This document shows, piece by piece, positions 12,401-24,400 of a stretch of DNA of 64,000 bases. The stretch's first letter is position 1; each line of letters starts with the position of its first letter. The DNA is from Alphaproteobacteria bacterium (lineage in GTDB: Bacteria; Pseudomonadota; Alphaproteobacteria; UBA828): positions 1 to 64,000 of the forward strand of contig CBDCQT010000006.1 of the NCBI GenBank assembly GCA_965220745.1, in the 5' to 3' direction. Position numbers and translations under genes: made by a program. Below the pieces are notes generated by a model. The model had not been told where the DNA came from. It saw only the letters and a list, made by a program, of their open reading frames with translations, and ran no database searches.

Positions 12401-15400
12401 GCGCCAACCTGGCGGCGGACCTGGACCGCCGGGGCAGCCGGGCTGTCGAAGGCCCCCCGGAGGCCGACCGCCAGGCATGGCGCGGGTTCTTCGAGTCATT
12501 GCCGGGCGCGCTGCCCCTGCGCGGCGTGGCGTACCTGGGCGGGCTCCGGCCAGACGGTGCCGAGCTTTCGACCCGGGAGCTGGAAGCGGAGTTGCAGGCG
12601 GTAAATGCGGGCGCGCTGGCGCTGGTCCAAGGGATGTCGGACGCGGGCGTGTCGCCAGTGAATGGCACCTGGTTCGTGACCCGGGGCGGCCAGGTGATCG
12701 AGCGGGAGCGCGGCGGCGCGCTCGCGGGTGCCTCGCTGTGGGGCTTCGCCAGCGTGGTGGAGCTGGAGCACGGGGATCTGACGCCGCGCCTGCTGGACTT
12801 GGATCCCGAGTCTCCCCTGTCCGCCGGCGCGCTCGCCGACGAATTGCTCTTCCCCGACCGCGAGACGCGCGTCGCCCGCCGGGGCGGGGACCGTTTGGTG
12901 GCCCGGCTGACGCGCCTCGCCGGGCGGGCGGAGGACTCGGCGGAATCCGGGCCGGGCGAGGCCCGGTTGCGCCGGGACCGCAGCTATCTGATCACGGGCG
13001 GGCTCGGGGGGCTCGGGCTGGAGGTGGCGCGCTGGCTGGCCGGGGCGGGTGCCGGGGCCATCGTGCTGAACGGACGCCGCCCGCCCGACACGGACACCGA
13101 GGCGCTGATCGCGGAGCTCCGGCAGGGCAGCGCCGAAGTGCGCGTCGAGATCGCCGACGTGATGGACGAGGAGGCGGTGGCGGGGATGCTCGTGCGGATC
13201 GACGCCGAGTTGCCGCCGCTGGCGGGCGTGATCCACAGCGTGGGAGCGCTTGCCGACGGGGCATTGACGAACCAAGACTGGGAGCGCTTCGAGCGGGTGA
13301 TGGGGCCCAAGGCGCTGGGGGCCTGGCGGCTGCACCGGGCGACGCTCGACCGGCAGCTGGACCTGTTCGTCCTCTTCTCCAGCTTGGCGGGCGTGATCGG
13401 AAACCCGGGGCAGGCCAACTACGCGGCGGCCAATGCCTTCCTCGACCAGCTGGCGCGACATCGGAGGGCTCTGGGCCTGCCGGGTCAGGCCATTGCGTGG
13501 GGGCCATGGTCGGAGACCGGCACAGCCGAAGAGCGTCGCGAACGCATCGCAACGCAGCTTGCCCAATACGGCGAGGAATGGATCACTCCCGAACAAGGCA
13601 TCCAGGCCTTGGAACGGCTCGTGCGCGAGAGTGCCGGAACCAGTGTGGCGGCGTTCGTCGACTGGTCAGCGCTTCCGGTGCAGGCCCCTTGGCTCGCGGA
13701 AGTGGCAGAGCGCGAAGAGGCCCACTCTTCGGCCGCCCGGGAAGGGCAGCTCGCCGGTCAGGCTGCTGACCAACTGCTGTGGCGGCTCCGGGGGCTCGCC
13801 TCTAAAGAGCGCCGCGACGAGCTGATCCGGTTCCTCAAGGAGCAGGTGGCCCAGATTCTGCGCCTCCGTGCCACCCCGTCGCCCTCGGCGGGATTCTTCG
13901 AACTGGGCATGGACTCGCTGATGGCAGTGGAGCTTCGCAACCGCCTGAACCGGGCATTCCGGGAAGCGTTCGTCGTCTCGAACACCACGGTCTTCGATCA
14001 TCCCGATATCGCCCGTCTGGCGGAACACCTTGCTCACAAACTTGACCGAGCGGTAACGGAGGTACCCTTCGAGCGCGCCCCGCCCGCGATCAGGCAGCGG
14101 GAGGACGAACGCATCGCGATCATCGGCATCGCCTGCCGCTTCCCCGGTGCACCGGATGCCGAGGCCTTCTCGGCGCAGCTTTACTCCGGTGCCGATCTGG
14201 TGACAAGGGGACGTCCGGACGGGCTCTTCGTGGATGCCGAGACGGAGGCGGCGCGCCACTTCGGCGCCTATGTGGATGGCCTAGACCGCTTCGATGCCGA
14301 CTTGTTCCGGATCGCGCCGGTCGAGGCGGAACTCCTCGACCCCCAGCAGCGGATGCTACTCGAGACAAGCTGGGCGGCACTCGAGGACGCCGGGATCGCC
14401 CCGGACGGGCTGCGTGGAAGCCGAACGGGGGTCTTCGGCGGAATCTCGACGAATGATTATCAGGCACTCGTCAGCGAGACCGTCGAGGAACGGTCGACGA
14501 CCCTCTACAGGTCCACTGGCGTTGCCTTCTCGGCCGCGATCGGCCGGATCGCCTTTGCCCTCGGTTTCGAGGGGCCGGCCATCACCGTGGACACCGCGTG
14601 TTCCTCGTCGCTGGTCGCGCTGCACCAAGCGGCAGCGGCACTGCGCGCAGGCGAGGCGGATCTGGCGCTGGCGGGAGGGGTGAACGCGATCTTGAGGGCA
14701 GAACTCACCAGTCTCGCGATCAATGCCGGCATGCTCGCCGCGGATGGGCGTTGCAAGACTTTCGACGCGGCGGCCGATGGTTACGTACGAGGCGAGGGAT
14801 GCGGGATGGTTGTGCTCAAGCGCCTCGCGGACGCGGAGGCTGCAGGAGACCGGATTCTCGCGGTTGTGCTCGGATCGGCGGTGAACCAAGACGGCGCGAG
14901 CGCCGGCCTGACGGTGCCGAACGGCCCGGCCCAAGAGCGCGTGATCGAAGAGGCGCTCGCGCGGGCGGGCGTTGAGGCCTCCTCGGTGGACTACTTGGAG
15001 GCACACGGCACGGGCACCGAACTGGGCGATCCGGTCGAAGTGGCGGCGGCTGCTGCGGTGTACGGCCGCGGCCGGGGCGCGGACCGCCCGCTGCTGATCG
15101 GCTCGGTGAAGACGAACGTGGGCCACCTCGAGGCGGCGGCGGGCGTGGCCGGGCTGATCAAGGCGGTGCTGGCGATCCGTTCCGGGGTGATTCCGCGCCA
15201 CCTGCACTTCGAGCGGCCCAACCCGCGGATGGACTGGGAGAAGCTCCCCGTCCGGGTGACGTCGGAGGCGACGCCTTGGCCGGAGGCGGAGCGGCCGCGG
15301 CGGGCCGCTGTCAGCTCCTTCGGATACTCGGGCACCAACTCGCATGTCGTGATCGAGGGATACGCCGAGGAGCGCGAGCCGCCGCGCATCGAGGTGCCCG

Positions 15401-18400
15401 CGCTACCGGAGTCGGGTGCGGATGAACTCGTCCCGCAGGCCGACGCGCGTCGGCTGCACCGCCTGCTCCCGCTGTCGGGGAAGTCCGAGGACGCTCTCCG
15501 GCAGCTGGCCGGCCGGTACCAAGCCATTCTTTCCGACGATACCCCGCTCGCCGATATGGCGTGGACGGCGAGCGCGGGCCGGAGCCATCTTCGCTGCCGT
15601 TCCGGCCTTGTGTTCAGTGATCGCGCCTCGCTGCAGGAGCAGTTGGAAAGGGTGGGGCAAGGCGCAGTAGCTTCGCCGGCCGAAGGAAAGGTTGCCTTCC
15701 TCTACACCGGGCAGGGGAGCCAGTGGGCGGGCATGGGCCGGGAGCTCTATGAGTCCGAGCCGGTTTTCCGGGCAGTTCTGGACCGCTGCGAGGAAGTGTT
15801 CCGCAAAGAGCGCGGCAGGGCGCTTCTCCCGGTGATCTTTGACGATGCCGGGCGGCTGGAGCGGACCGAGTGGACGCAGCCGGCGCTCTACGCGCTGGAG
15901 AGCGGTCTGACGGCCCTGTGGGCCAGCGTGGGGGTGCGGCCCGACATCGTGTTCGGGCACAGCGTGGGAGAGATCGCGGCAGCGGCTGCCGCGGGAGCCT
16001 TCGATCTCGAAAGCGGGATGCGGTTCGCCACGCGCCGGGGCGCGCTGATGGGTTCGCTCTCCGAGGGCGGTGCGATGGCGGCGGTGTTCGCTTCGGCGGA
16101 GCGGGTCGCTGCCAGCCTTGACGGTGCGGTCTGCCTGGCAGCCGATAACGGCACGCACCAAGTCGTGAGCGGCCCGGAGGCCGACATCGAGGCGCTGCTG
16201 AAGAGGTTCGAAGAGGACGGCCTGCGAGTGGAGCGCCTGCGGACCAGCCAGGCCTTCCACAGCGCGCTGATGGATCCGCTGCTGGCGGAGCTGGAAGTGG
16301 CGGCGCCGGCGGCCTCGGCACCGTCGGTGCGACTGGTGAGCGACGTGAGCGGGCAGGTGCTGGAAGCGGCTCCCGACGGAGCGTACTGGCGGCGCCAGGC
16401 GCGCGAGCCGGTCCAGTTCGCCACGGCGCTGCGGACGCTGGCGGAGTTGCGGGCGGGGCTGCTACTGGAGATCGGGCCGCATGGCGTGCTGGGCCCGATG
16501 GCGGCGCTGGGCTGGCCGCAGGGCGAGGCGCCTGCGGTGATCCCGAGCCAGCGGCGCGACGGCAACGGGGACTTCGTCAGGGCGGTGGCGGGCGCGTACG
16601 AGGCGGGTCTGGAAATTGCTTTCGAAGGCCTGTTTGCCGGGGAGCGGCGGCAACGGGTCTCGCTGCCCGCCTATCCGTTCCAGCGGGAGCGCTATTGGAT
16701 CTCCGCCTCTCCGCGGCGGCGGTCAGAAGCGGGGCACGCGCTGCTCGGGGTGCGGCGGGATTCCCCGGATGGCGAGCATTCCTTCGAGCGGCAGCTAGAC
16801 AGCCGGGATCCGGCTTGGCTGGCAGACCACCGGGTGTTCGGGAACGTTGTGGCTCCGGGGGCGCTTTATGCGGCGCAGGTGGTTGAAGCGCTTCGCGAAA
16901 CGGACCAAGGAGGCCCGGTCGTGCTCGAAGAGAGCGCGATCACCCGCCCGCTGGTGCTGTCGGGCAAGGAGGGCCGGCTGGTTCAGGTGGTGCTGGGCGA
17001 GGACGCGGGCTGGAAGGTCGTCAGCAGGGCTGCTGGCGGGCCATGGGAGACGCACGCCGAAGGCCGGTGGACACCGCATGCAGCAGCCGCGTCCGAGGCA
17101 ACGGACCTTGGGGCGCTGCAGGACAGCCTCGACCAGGCGGACGTGGAAGAGGGCTACCTGGAGCTGCGTGCTGCCGGCCTCGACTACGGCCCGGCCTTCC
17201 GCGGACTGGCCCGGCTGTGGTCGGGTTCCGGCGAGGCGCTGGGCGAAGTGCTGCTGTCGGCGGGAATGGAAAAGCAGGGGCTGCTCGCGCATCCAGCACT
17301 GCTCGACGCCTGTTTCCAAGTGCTGGGGGGGATCCCAGAACTGGTGGGAGCTGGGGGCACATGGCTGCCGACTGGCTGGGACCGCTTCGTCCTGCGCGAG
17401 GCGTTGCCAGAGCGCGTCTTCTGCCGGGCGCTGGACCGCGGCGAGGGCGGCCAGACGCGCAAGGCAGATCTCTGGCTCTACACCGACACGGGCGAGGAGC
17501 TGGCGCGCATCGAGGGCTTTGCGCTCACACGCGCGAGCCCGACGGCCCTGTCGGCTGGCCGGGTGGAGGAAGCGCTGCATGAGATGGTGTGGCGCGAGGG
17601 GGCGGCCGTGGGCCTCCGGGATGCGGAGTTCCTCTCGGAGCCCCAGGAGATCAAGTCCGGCCTAGGAGCGACGGACCGATACCTAAAGGCGGCTGACTGC
17701 GACAGGGCTTCGCTCACCGAGCTCGGGCACGAGTTGGAGCGCGAGGCGCGCCGGCTGCTGCTGCGCGGATTCCGGGAACTGGGCTGGGAGCCCGCGCCGG
17801 GCGACCGTTTCGAACTGGAGGAGTTGCGCCGTCGGCTGAGGGTGACCGAAGATCACGGGCGACTGTTCGGGCGGTTGCTGTCAGTACTGGAGGGGATGGA
17901 TCTCCTCGACCGGGAGCCGACTGGCGGCTGGCGCGTGATAACCGCAGCGGAAATGCCTGCGGAGTCCGCGGCGGGACCAGCCGACTCCCAAGCCGAATCC
18001 ATCGAGCTGGACGTGCTCCGCCGTTGCGGGGATTCTCTCGCCGACGTGCTCCGTGGCCGCGCCGATGCGCTGGACCTGCTCTTCGGCGGCGAGCTGGGAG
18101 CGGCGAGCCTGTACCGCGAGTCAGCCGTAGCGCGGGCAATGAACCAAATCGTCGCCGCCGCCGTGCGGGCGGCGGTCGCCGGGCTGCCGGAAGACCGGCC
18201 GCTGCGGGTAATCGAGGTCGGCGCGGGGACCGGCGCGACCACCGCCGCCCTCTTGGACGTCCTGCCGGCCGACCGGACCGAATACACCTTCACCGACATC
18301 TCGCCCGGCTTCTTCCCGGACGCGGAGCGGGAGTTCGGCGAGCGGGGTGCCGACCTTCGCTTCCTGGCGCTCGACATCGAACGGGACCCGGCAGATCAGG

Positions 18401-21400
18401 GCTTGGCCCTACACGGCTATGACCTCGTGATCGCCGCGAACGTCCTGCACGCGACCCGCGACCTAGGCCAGACGCTCGCCCACTGCCGGTGCCTGCTGGC
18501 CCCGTCAGGCGTGCTGGCGGCCATCGAGGAGACCGCCCGCAAGGAGTGGCTGGACCTGACTTTCGGACTGCTGCCCGGCTGGTGGCGCTTCCAAGACGCG
18601 TATCGCTCCGACTACGCGCTGGTCGGGCCCTCCGTCTGGCGCCAGGCCCTCGCGGACGCCGGATTTGGCGGGACTTCCCTGGTCGAGGATCCGTCCGGGG
18701 CTCTGCTGATCCTGGCGCGGGGGCCGGCGGAGGCGGGGACCGAAGGCGGTCTGTTCGTGCTGGCCGGCGAGAGCGAGCTGGGCACCGAGCTGGCGGCGGA
18801 GCTGGAGCGCCGGGGCAGCCGGCCGGTCAAAGGCCCCGCGGAGTCCGACCGGCAGGCGTGGCGCGGGTTCTTCGAGTCCTTGCCGGGCGCGCTTCCGCTG
18901 CGCGGCGTGGCGTATCTGGGCGGGCTCCGGCCAGACGGTGCCGAGCTCTCGACTAGGGAGCTGGAAGCGGAGCTGCAGGCAGTCGATGCGGGCGCGCTGG
19001 CGCTGGTCCAAGGGATGTCGGACGCGGGCGTGTCGCCGGTGAGCGGCACTTGGTTCGTGACCCGGGGCGGCCAGGTGATCGAGCGGGAGCGCGCCGGCGC
19101 ACTCGCGGGTGCCTCGCTGTGGGGCTTCGCCAGCGTGGTGGAGCTGGAGCACGGGGATCTGACGCCGCGCCTGCTGGACCTGGATCCGGAGTCTCCCCCG
19201 TCCGCCGGCGCGCTCGCCGACGAGCTGCTCTTCCCCGACCGCGAGACGCGCGTCGCCCGCCGGGGCGGGGGCCGCTTGGTGGCCCGCCTGACGCGCCTCG
19301 CCAGGCGGGCGGAGGATTCGGCGGAATCCGGGCCGGGCGAGGCCCGGCTGCGCGGGGACCGCAGCTATCTGATCACGGGCGGGCTCGGGGGGCTCGGGCT
19401 GGAGGTGGCGCGCTGGCTGGCCGGGGCGGGCGCCGGGGCCATCGTGCTGAACGGACGCCGCCCGCCCGACACGGACACCGAGGCGCTGGTCGCGGAGCTC
19501 CGGGCGGGCAGCGCCGAGGTGCGCGTCGAGATCGCCGACGTGACGGACGAGGAGGCGGTGGCGGGGATGCTGGCGCGGATCGACGCCGAGCTGCCGCCGC
19601 TGGCGGGCGTGATCCACAGCGTGGGCGCGCTCGCCGACGCGGCCTTGACGAACCAAGACTGGGAGCGCTTCGAGCGGGTGCTGGGACCCAAGGCGCTGGG
19701 GGCCTGGCGGTTGCACCGGGCTACGCTCGACCGGCAGCTGGACCTGTTCGTCCTCTTCTCCAGCCTGGCGGGCGTGGTCGGAAACCGCGGGCAGGCCAAC
19801 CACGCGGCGGCCAACGCCTTCTTGGACCAGCTGGCGCGGCACCGCAGGGCGCTGGGCCTGCCGGGCCAGGCCATTGCCTGGGGCGCGTGGTCGGGCATCG
19901 GCGAGGCCGAGGAGCAGCGCGAGCGCATCACGCCGCGGCTGGCCGACTCAGGTGAGAAGTGGATGTCTCCCGAACAGGGTATCGGCGCCTTGGCGCGGCT
20001 CGTGCGCGAGGATGTCGGGGCGAGCGTGGCGGCGTTCGTCGACTGGTCGGCGCTTCCGTCGCGGGCACCCTGGCTGGCAGAAGTGGCGGAGCGCGAGGAG
20101 GACCGCGCTTCCGCCGCGCCGGACGATCTCCTCAAGCGGCTCGGGGGGCTCGCCCCCGGGCAGCGCCGGCAAGAACTGATCCGGTTCCTCGGGGAACAGC
20201 TGGTCGAGATTCTGCGACTGCGCTCCGCGCCTCTGCCCTCGGCGGGATTCTTCGAGCTGGGCATGGACTCGCTGATGGCGGTGGAGCTTCGCAACCGCCT
20301 GAACCGGGCCTTCCGCGGCGCGTTCGTCGTCTCCAACACCGCGGTGTTCGACCATCCCGACATCGCCCGCCTGGCGGAACACCTTGCCGGCAAGCTAGCC
20401 GGCGCGGTGCCGGAGGTGCCGCAGGTGCAAGCCTTGCCCGCCGTCCGGGGCCGAGGCGACGAACGCATCGCGATCGTGGGCATGGCCTGCCGCTTCCCCG
20501 GGGCGGAAGATGCCGAGGCGTTCTGGGCGCAGCTTCGCTCCGGCGCCGACTTGGTAACGAGGGGGCGTCCGGACGGGCTCTTCGTGGATGCGGAGACGGA
20601 GGCAGCGCGGCCCTTCGGTGCCTACGTGGAAGGCCTCGACCGCTTCGATGCGGGCTTTTTCCGGATCGCCCCGGTCGAGGCGGAGCTGCTGGATCCCCAG
20701 CAGCGGATGCTGCTCGAGACCAGCTGGGCGGCGCTGGAGAACGCCGGGATCGCCCCGGACGAACTCCGCGGCAGCCGGACCGGAGTCTATGGCGGCGTGT
20801 GCGGCCACGACTATGAGGCTCTGGTCGCGACACTCGATGACGATCCGTCAACCAATCTCTACAGGTCCACGGGCATCGCCGCCTCGACGGCGGTTGGCCG
20901 GGTCGCCTTCGCGCTCGGCCTCGAGGGTCCGGCCATCACGGTGGACACCGCGTGTTCCTCGTCGCTCGTCGCGCTGCACCAGGCGGCGGCGGCGCTCCGC
21001 GCGGGCGAGGCGGACCTAGCGCTGGCGGGAGGTGTGAACGCGGTCCTGACCTCGAGCTTCACCCGGATCTTCACTGACGCCGGCATGCTCGCCCCTGATG
21101 GACGCTGCAAGACCTTCGACGCGTCGGCCGATGGTTACGTACGGAGCGAGGGATGCGGGATGGTTGTGCTCAAGCGCCTCGCGGACGCCGAGGCGGCAGG
21201 GGATCGGATCCTCGCGGTCGTGCTCGGGTCGGCTGTGAACCAGGATGGCGCGAGCGCCGGCCTGACCGTGCCGAACGGCCCGGCCCAAGAGCGGGTGATC
21301 GAGGAAGCGCTCGCACGGGCGGGCGTGGAGGCCTCCTCGGTGGACTACTTGGAGGCGCACGGCACGGGCACCGAACTGGGCGATCCGGTCGAGGTGGAGG

Positions 21401-24400
21401 CGGCAGCGGCGGTGTACGGCCGCGACCGCAGCGCGGACCGCCCGCTGCTGGTCGGGTCGGTGAAGACGAACGTGGGCCACTTGGAGGCGGCGGCCGGCGT
21501 GGCCGGGCTAATCAAGACGGTGCTCGCGATCCGTTCCGGGGTGATTCCGCGCCACCTGCACTTCGAGCGGCCCAATCCGCGGATGGACTGGGAGAAGCTC
21601 CCTGTCCGGGTGACGTCGGAGGCGACCCCTTGGCCGGAGGCCGAGCGGCCAAGGCGGGCCGCCGTCAGCTCCTTCGGATACTCGGGCACCAATTCCCATG
21701 TCGTGATCGAGGGATACGCCGAGGAGCGCGAGCCGCCGCGCATCGAGCTGCCCACACTGCCGGCGGCGGGTGCGGATGACCGCATCCCACTGGCCGACGC
21801 TCCCCGCCAGCACCGCCTGCTCCCGCTGTCCGCCAAATCCGAGGGAGCGCTTCGTCAGCTGGCCGGCCGCTACCAGGCCGCCCTCTCGGAAGACATGCCG
21901 CTCGCCGACATGGCGTGGACAGCGGGGGTGGGGCGGAGCCATTTCCGCTACCGCTCCGGCCTCGTGTTCCAAGACCGGGCCTCGCTGGCGCAGCAGCTGG
22001 AAGTGGTGAGCCAGGGGGCCGCGGCGTTGCCCAGCGCGGGAAGGGTCGCCTTCCTTTACACCGGCCAGGGCAGCCAGTGGGCGGGGATGGGCCGGGAGCT
22101 TTATGCGACCGAGCCGGTTTTCCGGGCGGTCCTAGACCGCTGCGAGGAGGTGTTCCGCGCAGACCGCGGCAGATCTCTTCTGAGCGTGATCTTCGAGGAT
22201 TCCGAGCGGCTGGAGCGGACCGAATGGACGCAGCCGGCGCTCTACGCGCTGGAGAGCGGGCTGACGGCTTTGTGGGCCAGCGTGGGAGTGCGGCCCGATG
22301 TCGTGTTCGGGCACAGTGTGGGCGAGATCGCGGCGGCCGCTGCCGCCGGTGCCTTTGATCTCGAGACCGGGATGCGGTTCGCCACGCGCCGGGGGGCGCT
22401 GATGGGTTCGCTTCCCGATGGAGGCGCGATGGCGGCGGTGTTCGCCTCGCGCGACCGCGTCACAGCCGCGCTGGAAGGTGCGGTGTCGCTGGCAGCGGAC
22501 AACGGCGCGCACCAAGTCGTGAGCGGGCCGGAGGCCGACATCGAGGCGCTCCTGAAGCGCTTCGAAGAGGACGGTCTGCGAGTGGAGCGACTGCGGACCA
22601 GCCACGCCTTCCACAGCGCGCTGATGGATCCGCTGCTGGCGGAACTGGAAGCAACGGCCCCCAGTGCCTCGGCCCCGTCGGTGCGGTTGGTGAGCGATAT
22701 GAGCGGGCAGGTGCTGGAAGGGCCCCCCGACGAAGCGTACTGGCGGCGCCAGGCGCGCGAGCCCGTCCAGTTCGCGACGGCGGTGCGGACGCTGGCGGAA
22801 CTGGAGGCAGGGCTCTTGCTGGAGATCGGGCCCCATGGCGTGCTGGGACCGATGGCGGCGCTCGCTTGGCCGCACGCCGAGGTGCCTGCCGTCATCCCGA
22901 GCCAGCGGCGCGACGGGAACGGGGACTTCGCCGGCGCGGTGGCAGCTGCGTATGAGGCGGGTCTCGACATCGCCTTCGAGGGCCTGTTTGTCGGGGAGCG
23001 GCGGCGGCGGGTCTCGCTGCCCGCCTATCCGTTCCAGCGGGAGCGCTACTGGATTTCCTCCCCGTTACGTCCGCGGCCTGAAGCCGAACACGCGCTTCTG
23101 GGCGTGCAACGAGATTCTCCGGATGGCGAGCACTCCTTCGAGCGGCAGATCCTTAGCCATGATCCAGCGTGGCTCGCCGACTTCCGAGTGTTCGGCGAGG
23201 TTGTTGCGCCGGGCGCACTCTACGCAGCGCAGGTGAGTGAAGCGCTCCGGGAAGCGCACCACGAACTTCCCATCGTTCTCCATGAGACCTCGATCACGCG
23301 CCCGCTCGTGCTGTCGGGCGAGGTGGACCGGTTGGTCCAAGTGGTGCTCGGCGAGGATGGCGGCTGGAAGGTCGTCAGCAGGGATGAAGGGGGGCGTTGG
23401 GAGACACATGCCGAAGGCCGGTGGGCACCATTCGGCGCAGCCACAACCGAGTCGGTAGATCTCGGCGCACTGATGGGGGGCCTCGCTCAGGTGGGCGTGG
23501 AGGAACGCTACTTCGAACGGGACCGTGGCACCACCGGAATCGCCTACGGGCCGGCGTTTCGCGGTCTGACCCGGCTCTGGTCGGGCTCTGGCGAAGCGCT
23601 AGGCGAGGCGCTTCTTCCAGCGGATGTGGATCAGCGGAGACTTCTCGCACATCCGGCTCTGCTCGATGCCTGCTTCCAAGTGCTGGGGCGGATCCCGGAG
23701 CTAGACGGAGCCGGAGGCACTTGGCTGCCGAGCCGATGGGAGCGCTTCGTCCTGCATGCCTCGCTGCCGGAGCGCGTCTTCTGCCGGGCAGTCGACCGGG
23801 GCGAGGGCGGCCAGATACGCAAGGCAGACCTCTGGCTGTATTCGGAGACAGGCGAGGAGCTGGCACGGATTGAGGGCTTCACGCTCAGACGCACGAGCCG
23901 GACCGCCCTGTCGGGTGACCGCGTGGATGAGGCGCTGCACGCGGTGGCGTGGTGCGAGGGGGCGGCGGTGGGCCTCCGAGACGCGGACTTCCTAGCCTCG
24001 CCGCAGGAGATCCAGATCGGCTTGGGAGCGCTGGACGGATACCTCGAGGCGGAGGGCCGCGACGGGGTGTCGCTCGCTGCGCTGGGGCGCGACCTAGAAC
24101 GTGAGTCGCGTCGGCAGCTGGCCGGCGCATTCCGGGAGCTGGGATGGGAGCCCAAGCCGGGAGACCGTTTCGAGACGGACGAGTTGCGCCGCCGGCTGAG
24201 GGTGACCGAGGATCACGGGCGGCTGTTCGGCCGGTTCCTGTCGATGCTGGAGGAGATGGGGCTCCTCGGCCGGGAGCCGGCTGGCGGCTGGCGCGTGGCA
24301 GCCGTGCTGGAAGCGCCGACGGAGCCCGAGGCGGGGCCGACCGGCTCCGCAGCCGATTCCATCGAATTGGGCCTGCTCCGCCGCTGCGGGGAGTCGCTCG

